A stretch of DNA of 32,000 nt from Lapidilactobacillus gannanensis (GCF_003946675.1 NZ_RHOT01000006.1:1-32000); one strand, 5' to 3'. Shown: positions 9,826 to 19,006, counted from the first letter of the stretch. Program-made: numbers and translations. The notes: a model not told the origin generated them from the letters alone.

Positions 9826-9844
9826 TTTGTCACCTCAATAGACT

Positions 9845-10961
9845 TTATTCCGGATTCTTCTGTTGTAGTTGCCATTGCAAATAACGATACATAAACTCGT
9901 CAAGATCACCATCAAGTACGGCTTGACCATTACCAGTTTCGTAATTAGTGCGGTGATCTTTAACCATCGTATAGGGATGAAAAACATATGATCTGATCTG
10001 TGAACCCCAACCAATTTCTAATTGCTCGCCTTTAATTGCAGCGTCGCGCTCCCGCTGCTCTTCCTGCTGACGTTGATAAAGTTTCGCCTCTAACATTGCC
10101 ATTGCCGTTTCCCGGTTTTGTAATTGTGACCGTTGGGCCTGAGAACTGACAACAATCCCAGTAGGCAAATGGGTAATTCGGACTGCTGATGATGTCTTGT
10201 TAATATGCTGACCACCAGCCCCACTTGACCGAAAAACATCCACTCGCAAATCATCGGGATTGATTTCAATATCAATTTCATGGTTTAGCTCCGGCATGAT
10301 TTCTACCGAGGCAAAGGATGTATGCCGACGTCCAGCTGCATCAAACGGAGAAATTCGAACTAGCCGATGGACCCCATTCTCTGAACGTAGTAAACCATAC
10401 GCATTATGACCTTCAATTAATAGCGTCACACTTTTAATACCAGCTTCATCACCAGGTTGGTAATCAGCTACTTCAACTTTAAATTGGTGGCTAGCTGCCC
10501 AACGCTGATACATTCGCAGCAGCATAGCGCCCCAATCTTGAGATTCAGTGCCACCAGCACCAGGATGAATTTCTAGAATTGCATTATGATTATCATATGG
10601 TTCAGCCAAAAGCAAATTCAACTCGTATTGATGAAGTTCAGTTTGTAAATTGGTCAAATCACTCGTTACTTCGGTTTGCAGATCAGAATCAGGTTCTTCC
10701 TGCAATAGTTCTAGACTAACAGAAATATTGTCCGCTAATGTAACTAAATGATTAAAATTGTCGTACTTTTCCTTTAAGGAATTATTTTCGTCAATTACTT
10801 TTTGGGCGTGTTCGTTATTTTGCCAGAAATCGGGTAAACTCATTTCGTGCTCGTTAAGTGCAATTGCTTCATTTAACCGATCTAAGTCAAAGCGACCCCC
10901 TAAATTGCTTTATTTTTGCTTGGGCCGTGCTCAATGAATGACGCATTTCCGCCATTTCCAT
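9845..10961 (-). CDS. prfB: peptide chain release factor 2 (requires programmed +1 frameshift at 10887..10889)
   Basis: The ORF-track piece 9845..10843 carries the RF2 motifs SPF (RISPFD) and GGQ ([10 protein letters not shown]). An upstream 24-codon ORF starts at ATG 10961 (AGGA SD) and ends at CTT TGA C. A +1 shift joins the two pieces in frame, giving about 371 aa in total. Confidence 0.9.
10886..10901 (-). promoter_or_regulatory. prfB: prfB programmed +1 ribosomal frameshift site
   Basis: The minus strand reads AGGGGG TCG CTT TGA C. This is an internal SD-like AGGGGG (10901..10896), a 3-nt spacer, then the slippery CUU-UGA-C. It is identical in layout to the canonical RF2 autoregulatory site. 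Confidence 0.88.
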
Positions 10962-11003
10962 GTGAATCATCCTTTCAATTAACTTGAGTTCTAATCAATT
11001 CGG

Positions 11004-11044
11004 TAAAAAAGGTGCTGCCAAACGAATTCATTTGGTTAAGCACC
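11004..11044 (-). terminator. intrinsic terminator or attenuator between secA and prfB
   Basis: Compound hairpin GGTGCTtaaCCAAAtgaattcgTTTGGcAGCACC followed by TTTTTT on the minus strand. It begins 33 nt after the secA stop. Confidence 0.7.
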
Positions 11045-11076
11045 CTCTTTTATCTTTACAATTATCTTATCCGGCT

Positions 11077-13440
11077 TTAACGGCGAATGTTTTGACGAAT
11101 CTCGGCCTTCATGAACAAGCGAGTTGCATCATAATCAATATCGGAAATCATTTCTTCAAACATCCGATAGCCTTCTTCTTGATATTCGACCAATGGATTC
11201 ATTTGCCCGTAACCACGTAATCCAATTGACTGACGCAATTGATCCATTTCATCAATCTGTTGGGTCCAATGATCATCAACCACACGTAAAATAACGACTT
11301 TTTCAAATTCCAGCATTTGACTTGGGTCAACCAATTTTGTTTTCTTATCTTGATAATTTTTTTCAATCAAATCATCAAAATAAGCTTTTAATTGGTCAGC
11401 AGTCTTATTCTGTAAATCTTCAAGCTTTAACTTATCTTCGCTGATCAATGACGCAATCGCATAATCATACAAGGCTTGTAAATTCCATTCGGTTTGCGCA
11501 CCTTGTGTATGCACGTCAACTTGATGAGCCACTGTCCGCTTCATCATTGGCATCAAAACATATTCCAAGCTATCCGTTGCCGAAATAACTTCCATGCGTT
11601 GTGCATAAATCACTTCACGTTGTTGCCGCATAACATCATCATACTGCAATGTATTCTTACGCGTATCGTAGTTATTACCTTCAACCCGCTTTTGGGCTGA
11701 TTCAACTTGACGGGTAATCATCCGTGACTGAATCACTTGATCATCTTCAGCTACATTTAAGCGATCTAAGAACGCCTTGATTCGTTCAGAACCGAAACGC
11801 TTCATCAAATCATCCTGTAAAGAAAGATAGAATTGGGTTTCGCCCGGATCACCTTGACGACCAGAACGGCCACGCAACTGATTATCGATCCGTCGTGACT
11901 CATGGCGTTCGGTCCCAATCACACAAAGACCACCAACCTCAACGACACCAGGTCCTAATTTAATATCAGTCCCACGACCAGCCATGTTGGTGGCAATTGT
12001 AACAGCACCACGTTGGCCGGCATTCATAATGATTTCAGCTTCTTTTTGGTGATTTTTCGCATTCAACACTGCATGCGCAATCCCCTCTTGATCAAGTAAA
12101 TGTGAGAGCAATTCGGAGGACTCAACAGCAACCGTCCCAATCAACATTGGCTGACCTTTGGCGTGACGTTCTTTAATGTCCGCCACAACTGCTCGGAATT
12201 TACTATCCAAACTTGGGTAAAGTAAATCAGCATGATCCACCCGAATAACTGGACGGTTAGTCGGAATGGCAATGACATCCATGTTATAAATCTCGCGGAA
12301 TTCTTCCTCTTCAGTCTTGGCAGTACCAGTCATCCCGGCAAGTTTGTTATACATCCGGAAATAGTTCTGATACGTGATGTTAGCCATAGTCTGAGATTCA
12401 TCTTCGATTTTAACATTTTCTTTTGCTTCGATTGCCTGATGAAGACCATCTGAATAACGACGCCCATCCATCACTCGACCAGTGAACTGATCAACAATCA
12501 TGACTTTGCTATCCTGAACCACATAATCAACATCGCGTAACATCACAAAGTTTGCGCGCAAGGCTTGATCCAAATGATGGTTTAAAACAGTGTTATCAAT
12601 ATCATAAAGATTCTTAGTCCCGAAGTAAGCTTCACCTTTTTTGATGCCTTGCTCGGTTAATGAAATTGATTTGGTCTGCCAATCAATTTTGTAATCATCG
12701 TCTTCTTTTAATGTTTTGGCAAAACGGTCGGTCCGAACATACATTGCTGTCGAACGTTTAGCTTGTCCAGAAATAATTAACGGTGTTCGTGCCTCATCAA
12801 TCAAAATCGAGTCTACTTCATCCACAATCGCGTAGTTTAATGGTCGTTGAACCATTTGTTCTTTATAAACCACCATGTTATCGCGTAAGTAGTCGAATCC
12901 TAACTCACTATTCGTTGAATAAGTAATATCACAATTGTAAGCTTCACGCTTCTGGTCAGTATCCATACTGTTCAAATTCAAGCCAACAGTTAAACCGAGC
13001 CACTTGTAAAGTTCACCCATTTCTTCAGCGTCACGACTAGATAAATATTCGTTGACTGTAACAACGTGCACGCCTTCGCCAGTCAAAGCATTTAGATAAA
13101 CTGGCATTGTCGCTGTCAGTGTCTTACCTTCACCAGTCTTCATTTCAGCGATATTACCTTCGTGCAACGTAATTGCGCCAATGATTTGAACTCTAAATGG
13201 ATAAAGTCCTAATACTCGACGCGCACCTTCACGAACAGTCGCATAGGCTTCCGGTAAAACTTGGTCCAAAGTTTTACCATTAGCCAATTCATCTTTAAAT
13301 TTTGCAGTTTTAGCTTGTAATTCCTCATCAGAAAGTTCCGCGAATTTGTCAGCATAACTTTCTACTTTATCGGCGATTTTACCCATCCGATTAACTTCGC
13401 GTTTGTCACTTTCAATCCAGGTTTTTAAAATGTTTGCCAT
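11077..13440 (-). CDS. secA: preprotein translocase ATPase SecA
   Basis: 787 aa with full-length SecA hallmarks: MKTGEGKTL Walker [29 protein letters not shown]. Confidence 0.96.
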   Translation of the reverse strand: MANILKTWIESDKREVNRMGKIADKVESYADKFAELSDEELQAKTAKFKDELANGKTLDQVLPEAYATVREGARRVLGLYPFRVQIIGAITLHEGNIAEMKTGEGKTLTATMPVYLNALTGEGVHVVTVNEYLSSRDAEEMGELYKWLGLTVGLNLNSMDTDQKREAYNCDITYSTNSELGFDYLRDNMVVYKEQMVQRPLNYAIVDEVDSILIDEARTPLIISGQAKRSTAMYVRTDRFAKTLKEDDDYKIDWQTKSISLTEQGIKKGEAYFGTKNLYDIDNTVLNHHLDQALRANFVMLRDVDYVVQDSKVMIVDQFTGRVMDGRRYSDGLHQAIEAKENVKIEDESQTMANITYQNYFRMYNKLAGMTGTAKTEEEEFREIYNMDVIAIPTNRPVIRVDHADLLYPSLDSKFRAVVADIKERHAKGQPMLIGTVAVESSELLSHLLDQEGIAHAVLNAKNHQKEAEIIMNAGQRGAVTIATNMAGRGTDIKLGPGVVEVGGLCVIGTERHESRRIDNQLRGRSGRQGDPGETQFYLSLQDDLMKRFGSERIKAFLDRLNVAEDDQVIQSRMITRQVESAQKRVEGNNYDTRKNTLQYDDVMRQQREVIYAQRMEVISATDSLEYVLMPMMKRTVAHQVDVHTQGAQTEWNLQALYDYAIASLISEDKLKLEDLQNKTADQLKAYFDDLIEKNYQDKKTKLVDPSQMLEFEKVVILRVVDDHWTQQIDEMDQLRQSIGLRGYGQMNPLVEYQEEGYRMFEEMISDIDYDATRLFMKAEIRQNIRR

Positions 13441-13499
13441 AAATCAAAATTCCTCTCCTGTCAATTAAATTCAGTTTGTCATTTGACAGTATTCAATCT

Positions 13500-13528
13500 A
13501 TTTTATCATTAAATATACAGACTGTGAA
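13500..13528 (-). promoter_or_regulatory. secA candidate promoter
   Basis: -35 TTCACA (13528..13523), 17-nt spacer, -10 TAAAAT (13505..13500). Confidence 0.45.
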
Positions 13529-13650
13529 TGGATAGCTGAAAATTAAGCCTAATTTGTCAATAAATAAACAAAAAGCTTATTCTGATTGATATCCACTGCT
13601 AGCAAGTTCACAGTTAATGGTCCTTAGTATCCATTATACCAAATTAATGC

Positions 13651-13697
13651 AAAAAAAACGCCACCTATTATGAGTGCCGTTGCACCAAGGTGACGTT
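13651..13697 (-). terminator. intrinsic terminator after hpf
   Basis: 10-bp stem AACGTCACCT/AGGTGGCGTT (one G-U pair) with a 21-nt loop, followed by a run of 6 or more T on the minus strand. Confidence 0.65.
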
Positions 13698-13715
13698 CTT
13701 AATCACATCATTTAT

Positions 13716-14282
13716 TTATTCATCAGTTTCGATCAAACCATAGCGGCCATCGCGGCGCCGATAAACAATACTAGTACCATTTGTTTCAGCATCCTCAAAA
13801 ATAAAGAAGTTATGGCCAAGCATATCCATTTGTAACACTGCTTCTTCGGAATCCATTGGCTTTAAGGCCAAACGCTTAGTCCGGACAACCTTCATATCGT
13901 CTTTCTTAGGTGCTTTCTCAGGAGCATCGATGGCACCATTTGCTGGACCAGTTAATTCGAAGTCCTTAATGCCCTTCTCACGACTCTTACGGTTGATCTT
14001 AGTCTTATACTTACGAATCTGACGCTCCAGCTTATCAGTCACCAAGTCAACACTGGCATACATGTCAGGTGAAGTCTCTTCGGCACGTAAAACTAAGTAT
14101 GGTAAAGGAATCGTTACTTCAACTTTAGCACTCTTGTCGGAATAAACTTTCAAGTTAACATGGGCAATTGAGTTTGAAGTCTCTTCAAAATACTTATCCA
14201 GTTTACTCAGCCGCTTTTCTACATAGCTGCGGATTGCCTCGGTAACTTCGATATTTTCTCCACGAACATTGAACGATAACAT
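13716..14282 (-). CDS. hpf: ribosome hibernation promoting factor (long form)
   Basis: 188 aa. RaiA/S30AE N-domain plus the C-terminal dimerisation domain (HNFFIFEDAETNGTSIVYRRRDGRYGLIE). Conserved position upstream of secA, as for B. subtilis yvyD. Confidence 0.9.
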   Translation of the reverse strand: MLSFNVRGENIEVTEAIRSYVEKRLSKLDKYFEETSNSIAHVNLKVYSDKSAKVEVTIPLPYLVLRAEETSPDMYASVDLVTDKLERQIRKYKTKINRKSREKGIKDFELTGPANGAIDAPEKAPKKDDMKVVRTKRLALKPMDSEEAVLQMDMLGHNFFIFEDAETNGTSIVYRRRDGRYGLIETDE

Positions 14283-14339
14283 AGTCGTTCGCTCCTTTCA
14301 AGTTGCTATCAGTAGCCAATTTACTTTTGGCTCACCCTT

Positions 14340-14368
14340 ATTATATCGAAGCGCTTACTAATTAACAA
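14340..14368 (-). promoter_or_regulatory. hpf sigma-A type promoter
   Basis: -35 TTGTTA (14368..14363), 17-nt spacer, -10 TATAAT (14345..14340). The leader contains the hairpin AGCCAA/TTGGCT (14314..14332). Confidence 0.55.
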
Positions 14369-14387
14369 ATATAAACCCACGAAAAAA

Positions 14388-15080
14388 TCAGCGCGCTAAG
14401 GTTAAACTAGTCATTTTGCCACGATATCCAGCTTGACGTAACGCAGCTAAACCGTGGTATAACGTGGTTCCCGTTGTATAAATATCATCAAGTAATAAGA
14501 TTTGTTTAATTCCATTTTTTGGGGTGGCGGGTGTCTCACAATAAAAATACTGAGGACTGATCAAACGCTGATGCCGGGTTAGCTGTGCCTGATGGTCAGC
14601 ATGATCGTGACAAGCCAATAAACACGTTAGCGGCAAAATATCACTGTACAAGCCTAGAACCGGATCAAACTGGCGCTCTTCAAAATGATTGGGACTCGTT
14701 GGAATCGGCACAAATAACGTTGTTGCCTGATATTGCTGAACAACACGCCGCAAACTGCCGGCAAAAGCTAAGCGTAACCGATAATCACCGCGACCTTTAT
14801 ATTGCTGAAAATAATCATGCATCGCAGTGTTATAACGAAATAGCGCTTGATTGGTAAGTAACTCAGTCGAAGATTGCTGTCGGCGCAAACAATCACGGCA
14901 AAGATGAGTTTGATTTAAATGGCGGCCACAAATTTGACAGCAAGCTGGTCTAATAATCTCCTGAAATTCATCACGACAAGTTCGACATAACAAATCTTGA
15001 TAGAAATATCGATTAAAACAGAGTTCGTGTAACGAATACTGACTAACGATTGTCTGCTGACACAGTAAACAGGCCGTCAT
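14388..15080 (-). CDS. comFC: late competence protein ComFC (PRTase-fold)
   Basis: 230 aa. Cys-rich N-terminus (several CxxC motifs) and a C-terminal PRTase motif LLLDDIYTTGTT. ATGA overlap with comFA. Confidence 0.8.
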   Translation of the reverse strand: MTACLLCQQTIVSQYSLHELCFNRYFYQDLLCRTCRDEFQEIIRPACCQICGRHLNQTHLCRDCLRRQQSSTELLTNQALFRYNTAMHDYFQQYKGRGDYRLRLAFAGSLRRVVQQYQATTLFVPIPTSPNHFEERQFDPVLGLYSDILPLTCLLACHDHADHQAQLTRHQRLISPQYFYCETPATPKNGIKQILLLDDIYTTGTTLYHGLAALRQAGYRGKMTSLTLAR

Positions 15081-16450
15081 GACTTTGTTGTTGGTACTTG
15101 ATTTAAATGATTAATTTGTCGACAAGCTTGCTGAATTGCCCAGGTATAATATTGACAACAGAAATAAACATGACCCCGTGAACCACTAAAAGCGCGGTCA
15201 GCGCGGCCAGCAATTTGAACCAAATTACTGGTACTAAATTGCCGATGATCTGCTGCGAGAATAACCACGTCAATGTGGTTAAAAGTTACCCCACGTTCCA
15301 GAATTGTTGTCGTAAACAGTACCTTGCCCTGGCCAGCCCGAAAAGCGGCCACCTTTGCCAACCGCTGGGGATCATTCGCATGAACCGTTGCAACAGGTAC
15401 CCTTGGAAAAGCGGCCTGCCAAGCGTCCTGATATCGTGGTAACTGGGCCGCTTGCGGAACAAAGACCAACCAACGCCGCTGCTGGTCAAATAAATAACGA
15501 AAAAGTCGTTGAACTTTCGGTGCAAAAATAGTTTTTTTGAAAATAGTTGTAATTAAAATTTCTGGTACTGGCAAATTACGCCCATGAAAACGCTGCGGCA
15601 AATAATGCAAGGGTAACTGACCTCGTTGACTCAGGCGTTGCAAATCAGATGGCGGCGTCGCACTCAAAAAGAGCCGCTGGCCATTTGGCTTTAACGCTTG
15701 CCGCACTGCGTTGGCCAACATTTGGTTGCCAGCAAAAGGAAATGAGTCCACTTCGTCAATAATCAATAAATCAAACGCCTGTTTAAATCTAAGTAATTGA
15801 TGTGTTGTTGCCACCACTAACTGGGCCAAATAATAGGTTTGATGCTGTTGGCCATGCAACAGAATCAAGCTCGTTTTAGCAAAAGCTTGTTGTAACCGCG
15901 GATACAATTCGTTACAAACATCTAGTCGCGGCGCAACAACGGCGACACGCTGGCCACGTTGTAAAGCAGCAGCAATAATTGGAAAAATCATTTCGGTTTT
16001 GCCGGCGCCTGTGACTGCCCATAACAACTGATCTGACACAGAATCATTCTGAAACTGTGCTAAAATAGCCTTAGCGACTTGAGCTTGTTGTTGCGTTAAC
16101 TGACCAGACCACGTTAAGGGATTGTTCTTAGCAAACGCTTGATCAATTGGTAAGCTAACTAATTGATCTCGTTGACTGATCCGCCCCAAACCTAAACAAG
16201 CAGTACAGTATAATGCACCAGTGGCTAATTTTTGCGTTGCAGGAACTTCAGTAAAACAGCGTTGACAAAACCATTGACCAGTCGCCACTTGTTCAATGCC
16301 CTTCACTACCACTAATTCCGGCCACCAACTTTGATAATCAGTTTTCTGAAGAAACGCCTGTAACTCATTTGGCAATTCTTGGAATAATAATTGCCGACCT
16401 AGCAGCAGTTGCCACCAACTTTGACATAGCAATACTTCCGGTAAATTCAT
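15077..16450 (-). CDS. comFA: late competence DNA helicase/translocase ComFA
   Basis: N-terminal 4-Cys zinc finger (CQRC...CTAC). DEAD-like helicase with Walker A TGAGKTE and DEVD box IIDEVDSF. ATG 16450 is preferred over the ORF-track GTG 16462. Confidence 0.8.
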   Translation of the reverse strand: MNLPEVLLCQSWWQLLLGRQLLFQELPNELQAFLQKTDYQSWWPELVVVKGIEQVATGQWFCQRCFTEVPATQKLATGALYCTACLGLGRISQRDQLVSLPIDQAFAKNNPLTWSGQLTQQQAQVAKAILAQFQNDSVSDQLLWAVTGAGKTEMIFPIIAAALQRGQRVAVVAPRLDVCNELYPRLQQAFAKTSLILLHGQQHQTYYLAQLVVATTHQLLRFKQAFDLLIIDEVDSFPFAGNQMLANAVRQALKPNGQRLFLSATPPSDLQRLSQRGQLPLHYLPQRFHGRNLPVPEILITTIFKKTIFAPKVQRLFRYLFDQQRRWLVFVPQAAQLPRYQDAWQAAFPRVPVATVHANDPQRLAKVAAFRAGQGKVLFTTTILERGVTFNHIDVVILAADHRQFSTSNLVQIAGRADRAFSGSRGHVYFCCQYYTWAIQQACRQINHLNQVPTTKS

Positions 16451-16498
16451 TAGCCTGACCACCCTTAATTATCGGTTACTATATAATACGCAAAGGAT

Positions 16499-17143
16499 GT
16501 GTTAATCATCGAAAGTTATCGAACAATTGCCAATAACAATCAGGCCGAATTAATCATCAAAAAATCCCAATTTATTGGTCAGATTTTCCGCGTCACTACT
16601 GAGGCCGAAGTCCAAGCTTTCTTAACTGAAACTCGGCGAACCCACCATAAAGCCAATCACAACTGCTTTGCCTACCAATTAGGATTACACAACGAAACTC
16701 AACGAAGTAGTGATGATGGTGAACCTTCAGGAACGGCTGGCGCGCCAATATTAAATGTCTTGCAGCAAGAACAACTCTGTAATGTTCTTTGTATTGTTAC
16801 TCGTTATTTTGGTGGTATTAAGTTAGGTGCTGGCGGGTTAATTCGTGCTTACGGTCAAGCAACTACCGCTGCCGTTAATGCTGCCGAACGTGTCATTGCC
16901 ATTCCCCAAGTTAATTATCAATTAACCATCGACTACGATCAATTTGATATTCTCAATCATTATTTACGCGAACAGAAAATTAGTAATGATCCACCAGAAT
17001 ACGCAGCTCAAATCACCATTGGTATTTGGCTAGATCTGACGACTGCCCTTGATCAAATCACAAGCCTAAAAAATCTCCTCAATGGCCGTGTCAAAATAAC
17101 AGAACGAGGGCAAGCATTCCACGAAGTGCCCTTAGTCGATTAG
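16499..17143 (+). CDS. yigZ: IMPACT/YigZ family protein (B. subtilis YvyE-like)
   Basis: 214 aa with UPF0029 N-domain signatures (KKSQFIG, HNCFAY, DDGEPSGTAG, RYFGGIKLG). It is the only plus-strand gene and has a GTG start. It lies divergent to comFA. Confidence 0.75.
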   Translation: MLIIESYRTIANNNQAELIIKKSQFIGQIFRVTTEAEVQAFLTETRRTHHKANHNCFAYQLGLHNETQRSSDDGEPSGTAGAPILNVLQQEQLCNVLCIVTRYFGGIKLGAGGLIRAYGQATTAAVNAAERVIAIPQVNYQLTIDYDQFDILNHYLREQKISNDPPEYAAQITIGIWLDLTTALDQITSLKNLLNGRVKITERGQAFHEVPLVD

Positions 17144-17150
17144 TGTCAAT

Positions 17151-17645
17151 TTACTGATTTATTTGCTGCCAATCATTTAAAACCTGTTGTAAATTATCTG
17201 CAGTCGTTGGTGCAGTCAGTCGCCGATCACTGCTCGTTAGCTGATCGGCCACCAACCACCAGGATTTTAATTGCGCCTCCGTAAATGGCCTCGCTTTTAA
17301 TAAATTACGTTGCCAAGTTTGTGCAAATGGTAAATCCAAATAATAAACTAAACTTGGTTGCTCAAATTGTTGACTGGCCCGAAGCAACATCGCCCCATAA
17401 ACGTCACGCCGCAAAATTCCTTCTAAAATAGCCAACTGATAGTGACGAGCGCCAAAGTCTAATAAATCTTCTATTAGTGCAACAGCTGGTGTACCCGGAT
17501 GATCATTTGCCTGCAATAATTCACGTCTAATCCAGTCCTGATGTAACACAAAACATTGGTCGGTGCCAAAATGAGCTTGTAATTGCGTCGCCAATGTTGT
17601 TTTGCCACTGGCCGAATTTCCTCTTAACAAAATTAATTTTGCCAT
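17151..17645 (-). CDS. small P-loop kinase-like protein, substrate unknown
   Basis: 164 aa. N-terminal Walker A LRGNSASGKTT. Its size and pattern resemble small-molecule or nucleotide kinases (AAA_33-like). I recognise no B. subtilis syntenic counterpart at this position. Confidence 0.55.
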   Translation of the reverse strand: MAKLILLRGNSASGKTTLATQLQAHFGTDQCFVLHQDWIRRELLQANDHPGTPAVALIEDLLDFGARHYQLAILEGILRRDVYGAMLLRASQQFEQPSLVYYLDLPFAQTWQRNLLKARPFTEAQLKSWWLVADQLTSSDRRLTAPTTADNLQQVLNDWQQINQ

Positions 17646-17677
17646 CGTATCCCCCGCGTTAAGCTAACTTTATAGAG

Positions 17678-17840
17678 CGTGTGACAAAAGGCCGTCAGCC
17701 CGCGAGCATTAACGTAAAATACCGATTAATTCTGATGAATTAATCGGTATTTTGGCGTTAAGCGGAGCCGGTTGCCCTTTAAGAACACGTTTCAGCAACC
17801 AAAGATCGGCCTTATTTTATTTAACTGACTGATGTCCCAG
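17678..17840 (+). repeat. MITE/REP-like palindromic intergenic element, copy A
   Basis: Terminal motif GTGACAAAAGGCCGTCAG (17681..17698). Conserved block CCCGCGAGCATTAACG. Core hairpin, then CGTTAAG with a back-pairing right arm. Degenerate inverted terminal motif CTGACTGATGTCCCAG (17825..17840). Homologous to 20874..21080 in the inverted orientation. Confidence 0.65.
17716..17753 (-). terminator. bidirectional hairpin terminator (core of repeat copy A), downstream of tagO
   Basis: Perfect 13-bp stem TACCGATTAATTC/GAATTAATCGGTA with a 4-nt loop, flanked by AAAA and TTTT. It can therefore terminate transcription in either direction. Confidence 0.6.
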
Positions 17841-17872
17841 TATGTTTTACTAACTGCTATCCTTGAACTAAG

Positions 17873-19006
17873 TTATTCTTCATGGTCACCAGGATGACGT
17901 TCCATTTTATGAACGACTCGTTGAATCAAATGTAGTAACGGTTGTCGATCTTCACCAACTAAGCCAATCGACTCCACGAATAACTCCAAACCAAACAAAA
18001 CACCAATTGTTAACAAAATACCACCAATCAAAGTTGATAAGGGATAGATCAAAGCAATAAATGCAAAGATTAGCGCCAACCCATAAATAACCAAAACTGT
18101 TTGCCGATGTGACAAGCCTAATTGCATCAAGCGATGATGTAAATGATGTTTATCAGCCTCTGAAATTGGCCGTTTATTCAAAATACGCCGCAACATTGCG
18201 TAAACTGTATCCGTAATAGGCACACCCAAAATAATGACCGGAATAATCAAAGAGATAAAGGTCACGTTCTTCAATCCCTTAAGCGACAATACGGCAATCA
18301 TAAAACCAATGAATAGTGCACCAGTATCACCAAGAAAGATTTTAGCGGGATGAAAATTATGTGGTAGAAAGCCAATCAATGCAGCAACTAATGTGAAAAT
18401 TAAAATGGACACATAAGTATTCGCTACAGCCAAGAAGAAGTAAGCCATTACGCCCATTGTAAACAGGGCGATAATCGACACTCCAGTGGCAAGCCCGTCC
18501 AGTCCATCAATTAAATTGACCGCATTAGTAATCGCCATGATCCAGAACAAAGTAATCGGCAAACTCAGCCAACCTAATTGGAAAGTGCCAAGTCCAGGTA
18601 ACGAAACAATGTTCATCCGGATGCCAGCGAGAAAATAAATGACTAAACCGGCAATAATGATGCCCAACATTTTCATTTTAGGCGATAATTCTCGAATATC
18701 ATCAATCATCCCAGTTAGAATAATGATACATTCGCCTAAAGTAATGCCAAACAACTCATGACTGGGAAATTGATCGCGCAACAGAATAAAAACTGAGAAG
18801 TTAAACGCGATAAAAATCGCTAAGCCACCCATCGTTGGCATCGGTTTTTTATTAACACGTCGTGCATTAGGATTATCAACAGCGCCTAAAACAAAGGCCA
18901 ACTTACGAACAAATGGGGTAATTAATGCGGCGATAATCATCGTTAAAAATAACTTGACAATAATGCTAAACATAAATAAACTCGCTTTCTCAGTCAAAAC
19001 TGTCAT
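17873..19006 (-). CDS. tagO: GT4 polyprenyl-phosphate N-acetylhexosamine-1-phosphate transferase (TagO/WecA type)
   Basis: MraY/WecA family motifs NAVNLIDGLDGLA and FLGDTGALFIGF, with about 10 TM segments. The start is ambiguous: TTG 19018, ATG 19006 or ATG 18973. Its synteny with yvyE matches B. subtilis tagO. Confidence 0.72.
   Translation of the reverse strand: MTVLTEKASLFMFSIIVKLFLTMIIAALITPFVRKLAFVLGAVDNPNARRVNKKPMPTMGGLAIFIAFNFSVFILLRDQFPSHELFGITLGECIIILTGMIDDIRELSPKMKMLGIIIAGLVIYFLAGIRMNIVSLPGLGTFQLGWLSLPITLFWIMAITNAVNLIDGLDGLATGVSIIALFTMGVMAYFFLAVANTYVSILIFTLVAALIGFLPHNFHPAKIFLGDTGALFIGFMIAVLSLKGLKNVTFISLIIPVIILGVPITDTVYAMLRRILNKRPISEADKHHLHHRLMQLGLSHRQTVLVIYGLALIFAFIALIYPLSTLIGGILLTIGVLFGLELFVESIGLVGEDRQPLLHLIQRVVHKMERHPGDHEE

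Noticed and set aside
8440-16000. Other nested ORFs: 8440..8685 and 8896..9219 in ftsX/ftsE, 10090..10281 in prfB, 10984..11220, 11494..11700 and 12232..12453 in or beside secA, 14585..14857 in comFC, and 15215..15442 and 15286..15525 in comFA.
   Set aside because: Same reasoning. Each is embedded in or antisense to a confidently identified gene and lacks independent coding signals.
16484-16491. A GCGTAT(T/A) motif upstream of both comFA (16491..16484, minus strand) and cinA (23616..23609), considered as a ComX/SigH competence box resembling the streptococcal cin-box TACGAATA.
   Set aside because: It is only a partial match to the cin-box. The cinA copy overlaps its SD and is 13 nt from the ATG, so it cannot serve as a -10 element. 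Two short hits are consistent with chance in AT-rich spacers.
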